Source: Octopus sinensis (lineage: Eukaryota). Taken from it: a stretch of 64,000 nt of DNA. The DNA lies in assembly GCF_006345805.1 (NCBI RefSeq), contig NW_021835991.1, forward strand, positions 248,001 through 312,000. Direction: 5' to 3'. The notes under the pieces are model-generated. The model was given only the letters and a program-made list of their open reading frames with translations, did not search any database and had not been told where the DNA came from. Shown piece by piece: positions 61,193 through 64,000 of this stretch. The position numbers and the translations under genes were made by a program. Positions within the stretch are counted from its first letter, which is position 1; each line of letters opens with the position of its first letter.

Positions 61193-62390
61193 TGAAAATT
61201 CAGCATTTTACAACTTTTTTTATTTATTTTAGATTTAATTACATTAATTAATTTATTTCAAATAAAAATGATATGTTCTAATTATTTTAATGCTCAACAT
61301 TCTCTTCTGCATAATCTTATTTCATTCATACATCGCCAATTTGGATTGTAATTTGTCTCTCTTTAGAATGTTATACTTGATTAATTCATCATTATATATT
61401 TTAGCTCCAACTGTTTTTATAATGAAACAATTAAAAATGATGATTTGAAAACAATTAACATTTTTGATGGTGTCACATTTACAGAAAATCCACGATTTAA
61501 GAATTTGATTTCTCTTAAAAAATTGTACATTTTAACAATTATATATAGTCGATGCGCTAGTCATTCTCTACACAAACTAGTTGAAGATTCATTTGAAGGA
61601 CTAGAATCGTTATTGTACATGTATATTATTTATTTATATTCTATTGATTTCTGTTTGAATGTAGAATGCTTAATTACATCAATATCAATACTTTTTCTGG
61701 TGTTCCAATTACTTACATGTTTCACAAAAATAATTAATTTAAATTTAGGCATATGCCGAGCGGATCAGTTTTTATTCCTTTCAATTTTAAGGAGTAATAA
61801 GCTATTTAAAATAAATTATTTAAGAAATCGTTTAGGAATCCATATGTTTCCCGATCAACATCTCTGTTTCTTTGAAAATACTGCACAGCCATTTAGGTTT
61901 GTTTTAATTTATTTTTCGTTTTAGCTTCCAGTTTTCAAACCACACATGGATATTTTTTAACAAGAATTTTGTTATGCTGTCTCATTCAACTATGCAGACT
62001 CAAGAATCCTACAGTAAAAACTGTTTATTTAATAATAGTTTGCAATAATTGTCTACCAACACTAACTAATAACATAATTTGTTCATCTGATATAGAACTA
62101 CAAATTGATATCAAATTTTGACCAAATAATATTTAATTAACGTTTTTTCTTGAAATAAATTTAATTTTACGAAATTCGGATTTTTTATTTGATAGTAGTA
62201 ATTAGCAAGGAACCTTAAGATTACTTTTGTTTATAGAAAAGTCATACACAACATCGCCATTTCACTGTGATAAGTAGTTGCGAATTCAAGTATTGATTGC
62301 AATCCAGTTTTACTTAAAATGAAAAATTTTATTCTAGATTTAGTTACATTAATTAATTTATCTCAAATAAAAATGATGTGTTCTAATTCT

Positions 62391-62729
62391 TTAAATGCTT
62401 GGGAAATTCTTTCGCCATCTGACACATAAAAATAAAAAGTAATTATGAAGATACCAAAAATCCAATAATGAAGTACATTTCAATAATGAAGAATCCAATA
62501 ATGAAGTAATTTGAACAGACTGATTACATTGAAGTTTAATCAAACTCTGCTGAAAATTGAGTTCCTGATATTCTTTAAATGAAGTCACGAAAGGTTGAAC
62601 GATCCAGTTTGGAATTGGATCTTCAACAAAAAAGAAATCATCAAATTTTGTCTTGAAATTTTTCAGATGTTTGATTATCAGACTTAAAAGAAAATTATCA
62701 GGTGGATTAGTGTCCGAGATGATATTCAA
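62391..62729 (-). mobile_element. hAT (ZBED5/SCAND3-like) transposase C-terminal remnant
   Basis: LKNFKTKFDDFF...PNWIVQPF...LIKLQCN. Confidence 0.55.
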
Positions 62730-63084
62730 GCATTAGGAACATTGTTGTTACTTTTTTTAATTTCATTACCAATAGTAATAACTTTTTCTTAAAAGCCATT
62801 ATTATTTGATTAACATTTTTTTGTCTTTACAGACTCTTCTGGCGCCTAAGTTGAGTAGGTTTCAGTTTATTGTTTCACAAAATTCTATGGCAAATCATGC
62901 ATTTTGCCTTTATTTCATTATTTGAGGCTACTTTTGCCGTTATCTCCTAATTTAAATTAATTAATTTTGTTTTTCTTTATTAACAAATTATTTTAGTTTA
63001 AAAAATTATTAACAGCTCTTTTCTTTAATTTAGACGGATTTAAATGATTTAATGATCTAAATTTTCATTTTGTTAAGGAAATTA

Positions 63085-64000
63085 CAGTGGAACTTGTCTA
63101 AACCGAACTCCGACGGGACCATGAAAATAGACCGGTTTATAGAGAGATCCGGTTTATCAAGGTTTTGAAATTTATGAACATAATCTTACCAAAAGGACTT
63201 AAAGTAAGATTCTATTTATTAAGAAAATCTGTCAAAAAAGATTGTTTAAGGTTTGATTTTTTTCACAATGGCCGTGTTGTTCAGAATCATTAATTCTTTT
63301 ATTGACGGAAGGAGAGAAGGATCCTCCGTACAAGCGAAGTGCTGTATATCTTCGAGAATTGAGCGAATGTCAATGCGAGTTAATTTGACTTCGTCTGCTT
63401 TTTGCGACTCGTCATCGTGGTTAGAATCACTCGGACTCTCCGCATCAGTTGGTTTTCTTGGAAGATGCTGCTCCAAGATGGCATTTTCCCATTCGTCGAA
63501 TCTAGCCCTCTGAAACCATTCCCAAGTGATCTTATTTAGATCATCAAACTTGCATTTATTTTCAAAACGCTTTTTCTTGCTGTTTCCATTGTCATCGTGT
63601 ATATCCAGATATTTAGTAGAGTTTTTCAGAATATCCGATACAGTGCTGGTCCCAATACCATATTTTTGGCTCAGATCTTTCTGTGTTAACTTGGGTGTGG
63701 ATTGATAATCTTTTATGAGTTGAACTTTGTGGTTCAGGTCGAGTTCACAACGAGCACGTTTCATTGATATTAAGTCAAATATGAAACTTATTAACTTTTA
63801 AAATTTTTATTTTTTAATTTTTTAAAAATACCTCTTTGTTCGGTTTGCACAGTGTGAAAAAACCGTTGGGACTTGACATTACCGCCGGTTTTCAAAATAT
63901 AGAGGATCCGGAATAAAGAGATGAAATTTATATTGAAAAATACTGTAAAAAATTAGGACCGGAGAAAACGGCCGGTATATGGAGAGATCCGGTATATTCA
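63085..64000 (-). mobile_element. Internally deleted pogo/Tigger element with an open 172-aa ORF (other end outside window)
   Basis: TA|CAGTGGAACTTGTCTAAACCG end; GAGATCCGG subterminal repeats at both sides; ORF 63246-63764 has CENP-B-like HTH (LDLNHKVQLI...QKYGIGTSTVSDILKN...WEWFQRAR) joined directly to an acidic C-terminus. Confidence 0.8.

Overview
AT-rich eukaryotic genomic DNA, not prokaryotic. Host genes have very short GT-AG introns (mostly about 24-35 nt); the host taxon cannot be fixed from sequence alone. The few apparently intact host genes are NudC, a centrin-like EF-hand gene and a GH18 chitinase; SF1 helicase and cathepsin L pseudogenes are also present. Around them lies a dense transposon graveyard: about 11 3'-end fragments of a CRE-clade RLE retrotransposon, RTE-, Jockey/I- and NeSL/R2-like LINE pieces, and Tc1, pogo/Tigger, Ginger2, hAT and Helitron elements. 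One nest is three layers deep (Helitron > Tc1 > same-family Helitron). The standout is a stop-free fragment resembling a rhabdovirus nucleoprotein (54004-54372) fused between a CRE retrotransposon and a Tc1 transposase. Several other intronless, GC-richer orphan islands, two bounded by direct repeats that look like target-site duplications, may be further endogenous viral elements. A three-copy family of conserved 77-78 aa acidic microproteins shares a paired AP-1-like upstream motif. All protein family calls are by eye from recalled motifs; no database search was run, and most remnant boundaries are approximate.
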